A stretch of 64,000 bases of DNA, from NCBI GenBank assembly GCA_964580285.1, contig CAZOKB010000003.1, positions 31,403 through 95,402 on the forward strand, in the 5' to 3' direction. The notes beneath the pieces are model-generated. The model searched no databases. It worked only from the letters and a program-made list of their open reading frames with translations, and was not told the origin of the DNA. This document shows positions 59,888-64,000 of the stretch, piece by piece. This DNA is from an uncultured Bdellovibrionales bacterium. Lineage in GTDB: Bacteria; Patescibacteriota; Minisyncoccia; Moranbacterales; UBA1568. The stretch's first letter is position 1. The number at the start of each line of letters is the position of its first letter. A program made the position numbers and the translations under genes.

Positions 59888-59926
59888 AACAAAAAACAGC
59901 GATCATTCCGACTGCTGTTTTTTGTT
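59888..59926. terminator. bidirectional terminator
   Basis: AACAAAAAACAGC..GCTGTTTTTTGTT. Confidence 0.7.
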
Positions 59927-59973
59927 GTTTGAATCTATACCGACAAGTAGCATGTCGTGCTACCTGTTAGATG

Positions 59974-60060
59974 CGGAAGAGGAGGGATTCGAACCCTCGG
60001 TAGGGTTTCCCCTACGCTTGCTTTCCAAGCAAGTACCTTAAACCACTCGGCCACCCTTCC
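59974..60060 (-). tRNA. tRNA-Ser(GGA)
   Basis: GGAAGGG..CTTGC-TTGGAAA-GCAAG, long variable arm, GGGTTCGAATCCC. Confidence 0.95.
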
Positions 60061-60118
60061 TTTCTACGGAAGAAAAAGGGAGCTTGCGCTCCATTCCTCT
60101 CCTATCTTTACTGCTAGC

Positions 60119-61555
60119 CTAGCGCACTCGGCGGATTCCGACAAGGTCAAGCGTGCGACGGTCTGGTGTACGCCCAAGAAACACTGCTGTCTCATCACCC
60201 GCAACCAACTTTCCGGATGTTTTTGCTTCCTTCATGAGACGGTCAATATAGCTATCATGATCGGTATCTCCTTCAAAATTAAAGGGTTGAATACCCCAGA
60301 CAAGCGCTAAGGCATACCAGGTCCTCTTACTGTCTGTAGCTACCAGGATAGCTGTCTCTGGCCGAAAATGGGAAATAAGCCGCGCAGTATAACCACTCAT
60401 GGAGAGGAGAAGTATCGCTTTCGTACTAAAGCTCTTCGCCAGCTGGTAGACACTCCGGATCACGGCCGCATAGTCCGTTTTCATGTTGAGATCCAATTCC
60501 TGGTAGACATCATCGAAGGGTGACTCTTCGGTTTTTTCGATAATCTCTGCCATCATAGCGATCGCTTCAACCGGATATTTCCCCATGGCCGATTCTTCCG
60601 AGAGCATCACGGCATCCGCATGATCAATCACGGCATTCGAGACATCGCTCACTTCAGCCCGAGTCGGCCGAGCATTCTCCACCATGGATTTCATCATCTG
60701 CGTTGCCACAATCACCGGCTTCACCGCCATAAGACTCTCACGAATAATCGTCTTCTGCAGGATCGCTACTTCCGACTCTGGCATTTCGATACCGAGGTCT
60801 CCGCGCGCCACCATGACTGCATCCGTCGTCTTGAGTATGGATTTCAAATGCTTGATCGCTTCCTTACGCTCGATCTTCGCCACGATCTGCGGGAGCCGCG
60901 CTTCATCACCCACCACCTTGCGCATCTCGTTGCGCGCCGTACGAATATCCTCCGCCGAACCCACAAACGAGAGTCCGACATAATCCACCTCTTGCCCGAG
61001 CACAAACGCAAGATCGCGGAGATCCTTCTCCGAAAGAATAGGCAGATCAAGTTTAGTATCCGGCAAGATGACGCCTTTCCGGTTCTTGATCCGGCAGTCG
61101 GCGAGTGCCGCTGCTTCCACTGCGTGTGCACCGTGCTTGGCCACCACCTGAAGCGCCACCACGCCATCCTCGATCAAGATAGCGTCTCCCACTCGAAGCC
61201 GGTCCGCCATTTTGGGTACATCAAGATAACAAAGAGGATTCTTAGTTTTCGACCGGGAAAAAATTTCTCGGTAAGCAACATCCGACACATGAATGCGTTC
61301 ACCCTTGCTGAGTACGACTTCCTTATCAACTTCGATGCGGATGCGTGGTCCCTGCATATCTGCCAGGATGGCTACCGGAGTCTTGAGTTCTTCTGAAAGC
61401 TCCCGCAATCGATTGATCACTTTTTCAAACCAAGCATACTCACCGTGAGAAAAATTCAACCGCGCCACGTTCATCCCGGCTTCGATCATCTTGCGGAGTG
61501 TCTCTTTGTCTTCCGAGGCCGGCCCGATAGTCGCAACGATTTTAGTATTCTTCAT
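60119..61555 (-). CDS. pyk: pyruvate kinase
   Basis: TKIVATIGPAS, ARLNFSHG, AKIE, MVARGDLG.E, ATQM, PTRAEVSD. Confidence 0.98.
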   Translation of the reverse strand: MKNTKIVATIGPASEDKETLRKMIEAGMNVARLNFSHGEYAWFEKVINRLRELSEELKTPVAILADMQGPRIRIEVDKEVVLSKGERIHVSDVAYREIFSRSKTKNPLCYLDVPKMADRLRVGDAILIEDGVVALQVVAKHGAHAVEAAALADCRIKNRKGVILPDTKLDLPILSEKDLRDLAFVLGQEVDYVGLSFVGSAEDIRTARNEMRKVVGDEARLPQIVAKIERKEAIKHLKSILKTTDAVMVARGDLGIEMPESEVAILQKTIIRESLMAVKPVIVATQMMKSMVENARPTRAEVSDVSNAVIDHADAVMLSEESAMGKYPVEAIAMMAEIIEKTEESPFDDVYQELDLNMKTDYAAVIRSVYQLAKSFSTKAILLLSMSGYTARLISHFRPETAILVATDSKRTWYALALVWGIQPFNFEGDTDHDSYIDRLMKEAKTSGKLVAGDETAVFLGRTPDRRTLDLVGIRRVR

Positions 61556-61757
61556 AGAAAAGTTTTTGTATTGCGTTTTGTATCTTTAGTATAGAACATC
61601 CTTATAAAAGAATATAGATTTAGGATTCAGGATTAAAGAATAAGAAACAAATGAATAAGTATAATGATGTGACTGCGAAAGTTTTTTCTGATGCTGCGTT
61701 CCGACGCCACGCAAGAAAAAAAGTCCGCCTCCTCTTCGGAAACGGACCTGGTACACT

Positions 61758-61922
61758 TTATTCTTCCCCGCCATGCACCGGACACAAGGGATCAGGCTCT
61801 GGATTCAGATTGTGTACTGGACAGGTATTACTCCCAAGCGCCACCCCTTCATCAGGATCAGGACACTGACAGTCGCAACTGGTCGGACAGCGACACTCAA
61901 ATGACAGTATCAGCTGTTGCAT
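61758..61922 (-). CDS. small Cys-rich protein (metallothionein-like)
   Basis: GGAGG RBS, TGcTATACT extended -10; CRCPTSCDCQC and two CPVH. Confidence 0.65.
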   Translation of the reverse strand: MQQLILSFECRCPTSCDCQCPDPDEGVALGSNTCPVHNLNPEPDPLCPVHGGEE

Positions 61923-62019
61923 AAGGTATCCCTCCTTCAAAAAGTACTGCTTCTAGTATAGCAAGAAAAAGAAAGCGGCCGGAGGAGAAGGTTTCTTCTC
62001 TTCCGACCGCACGTTCCGA

Positions 62020-62418
62020 CTAGCGAGGGACCCAGTTCGGTACACCGGTACCGATAGTGGTCTGCGCCACTGCCTGACGGCAGTTGACGAGGACCCACTG
62101 GTTACTGCGAGCATCAAAGGCACGCTCGCAGTACATGGAGTTCACCGGTTGCTGTGCCATTTGCATGGCACGCTGGTTCTGCACGTCGGCGATACCGACA
62201 GCAGCGCCAGTAGCCATACCAGCAGCAGCCATTTGCCGCACGCAGTCAGGGTTACCCCGACCGCAGGCCAGTGCCCCGAACACTGCACCAGCAGCTGTGC
62301 CAACGACGGTGCTGATGCCGACATCGGCCATGTCCTGTCTACTCCCGAGGGTAGCCGAGCAGCCGGTGAGGGAAACAATCGCTGCAATGATTGCGGCGAT
62401 CTTGATCGTCTTGAACAT
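62020..62418 (-). CDS. glycine-zipper lipoprotein
   Basis: lipobox LTGC, GTAAGAVFGAL..AAAGMATGAAVG; AGGAG RBS. Confidence 0.8.
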   Translation of the reverse strand: MFKTIKIAAIIAAIVSLTGCSATLGSRQDMADVGISTVVGTAAGAVFGALACGRGNPDCVRQMAAAGMATGAAVGIADVQNQRAMQMAQQPVNSMYCERAFDARSNQWVLVNCRQAVAQTTIGTGVPNWVPR

Positions 62419-62620
62419 GTCGTTCTCCTTTCCTCTGTTCAAACCCCGAGGAGCGGGTTGGGCGACACGCCCTTCTATCCCTGCCCTGGACCCTTCCAGG
62501 CGGAGTGAGAAATCCCGAAATAATCCGAGACCCCTCACTCCGCCTGAAATTTTCTCGCTTTTCAATGTACTTAACTTTTATATTATACACCTAAAAATAC
62601 TAAAAGTCAAGTATACAAAC

Positions 62621-62651
62621 AAAGAAGTGGCTTTATTGAGCCACTTCTTTT
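62621..62651 (-). terminator. terminator after DUF4870 gene
   Basis: AAAGAAGTGGCT..AGCCACTTCTTT. Confidence 0.7.
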
Positions 62652-62674
62652 ATTTTTTTAAGTCTCCCTCCAGC

Positions 62675-63073
62675 TTAGAGATTGATCTTTTTCGCCAAGC
62701 CAGCAATGACTGGGAGTTCCCAGGTCTCGCCCGAGAGCGTCTTAATGATGGCGATAATACTCACGATAATGAAGAGAAGATTCGCAAATGGCAAGAGCAT
62801 CCACCCAAGGAACGGGATGATGCCCAGTACGAAATCCACAATAATCCAAGCCAGAAAAAGCGCCAGGCCCTGTTTGGCATGAAACTGCGCAAACTTACTC
62901 TCCTTCAGTGTTAGCAGTGGTACGAGAAAAAGAATGAAGATATAGGAAAGACAAGCCACTGCCTTGTTTTTCTCGATATCCTCGTGATTATACTCTGTCT
63001 TATGCTCTGGAGCGGCCGCTTGAGTTTGGGCTGACTCTGGAGCTGGATGAGTGGTTGTCTCTTGTTCGTCCAT
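62675..63073 (-). CDS. DUF4870-family membrane protein
   Basis: A.LSY...L.LVP, F..FHAKQGL.L, IPFLGW, LPVI. Confidence 0.85.
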   Translation of the reverse strand: MDEQETTTHPAPESAQTQAAAPEHKTEYNHEDIEKNKAVACLSYIFILFLVPLLTLKESKFAQFHAKQGLALFLAWIIVDFVLGIIPFLGWMLLPFANLLFIIVSIIAIIKTLSGETWELPVIAGLAKKINL

Positions 63074-63103
63074 ACTCTTTTTTTAATACTTACGATTGAG
63101 AGT

Positions 63104-63580
63104 TTACAGAGAAAAAAATGTTTCATCTACCACCTCCACTGTACTCCCTTCTTCCAGTTCCCGCAAAATTTCTGGAGGGATCGGATTGCGTTTTGGACTG
63201 ACTCCCGGATACCGCCACGCACTGATTATTTTCAGACGACCAGGAGTAGCTACCAAAGGAGAGGTTTTGTTTTTTGTTGACTGCACCTGAAACATGACCC
63301 AAATTTCCTGCGTCCAGATTTCTTTCCCAGTGGCATCACGTTTCACTGAAGGTGGCTGCATGACCGCTACCGTCTTTGGAACGATACCTTCCTCACGGCG
63401 ACGAGGATTCCGGATCACACTTTTCACTCGCTGCTCAGAGAGTCCATACTGTTGCATTTTGTGCTGCGCATGCACGGTGAAGACATACTGCCCGCTGCCA
63501 GCCGCTGCTGCTTTTTTCTTTTGTCTCTCAAGAAAACGTTCCCGCGCCTTACGAGCAAATTCCTGATACGGGGATGGCAT
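63104..63580 (-). CDS. hypothetical protein
   Basis: HA..KM..YGLSE.RV..V.R.P.R.EEGI, IISAWRYPG. Confidence 0.7.
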   Translation of the reverse strand: MPSPYQEFARKARERFLERQKKKAAAAGSGQYVFTVHAQHKMQQYGLSEQRVKSVIRNPRRREEGIVPKTVAVMQPPSVKRDATGKEIWTQEIWVMFQVQSTKNKTSPLVATPGRLKIISAWRYPGVSPKRNPIPPEILRELEEGSTVEVVDETFFSL

Positions 63581-63586
63581 AGCAAT

Positions 63587-64000
63587 TTACTTGATTTCCA
63601 TCCCTCGGAGCGCAGCAATACGCTCTTCGATAGGCGGGTGTGTCATAAACAAGGTAGCGATTTTTTTTGTTTTGAAAGGATTCGTAATGTAGAGCGGTGC
63701 GGTGGCGCGATTCGCCGCTTCGAGCGGTTCCGTATCGGCCGAAATTTTCTCAAGAGCCGAAGCCAACGCCTCTGGATAGCGAGTGAGGAGCGCACCCGAA
63801 GCATCGGCCAGAAATTCACGCTTACGTGAAATTGCCAATTGCATGAGTGTAGCAGCAATCGGCGCTACAATTGAAAGCACTAAGGCAATCACGAAAAGAA
63901 TCACTTGGAACTGTCCGCGATTTTCATTATCCCGATCGCCACCATACCAAGCCCAGTGACGAAACCAGTCTGCCAAGAGAGCTACAAAACCCACCAAAAT
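63587..64000 (-). CDS. htpX: zinc metalloprotease HtpX, C-terminal part
   Basis: AISRKREFLADA, P.ALASALEKI, LFMTHPPIEERI. Confidence 0.93.
   Translation of the reverse strand: MLVGFVALLADWFRHWAWYGGDRDNENRGQFQVILFVIALVLSIVAPIAATLMQLAISRKREFLADASGALLTRYPEALASALEKISADTEPLEAANRATAPLYITNPFKTKKIATLFMTHPPIEERIAALRGMEIK

Larger units (their letters stand above)
43177..59984. mobile_element. genomic island integrated at the tRNA-Ser(GGA) 3' end, carrying a copper-resistance cluster and a serine recombinase
   Basis: 15-bp direct repeat GATGCGGAAGAGGAG at 43177-43191 and 59970-59984 (tRNA 3' end); recombinase near the tRNA end. Confidence 0.8.

Overview
Bacterial chromosomal segment (standard code). 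Gene content points to a CPR/Patescibacteria (Parcubacteria-like) genome; this is an inference. In order: pyrD (partial) and pyrC; dus; an Rrf2-led SUF operon (sufC, sufB, sufD, sufS, sufU, ferredoxin, SufT); two PilV-tip-like paralogs; 2-oxoacid:ferredoxin oxidoreductase alpha/beta; HRDC-fused xseA and xseB; infB; a CCA-adding enzyme; tRNA-Pro(CGG) and tRNA-Leu(TAG); a VirB4/PrgI/VirB6-like secretion locus with a LysM-CHAP hydrolase; a Xer recombinase; two GT-C glycosyltransferases; dsbA; typA; a ~16.8 kb copper-resistance island with a large serine recombinase, bounded by a repeat of the tRNA-Ser(GGA) 3' end; pyk; htpX (partial). Most notable unexplained signals: (1) a ~90-nt structured RNA motif with compensatory base changes, present three times and only at SUF operon junctions (before sufB, sufD and sufU), while the operon's Rrf2 lacks the Fe-S cysteine triad; (2) a DGR-type target gene with a downstream perfect palindrome and a non-cognate TR/VR-like relic inside the SUF operon, with no reverse transcriptase in the window; (3) orphan gene cassettes sharing a promoter plus boxA-like motif; (4) a multi-hairpin leader in the island; (5) palindromic elements inserted in-frame in a CDS and in duplicated tRNA T-arms. 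All calls come from reading the sequence and ORF track; no database searches were run.
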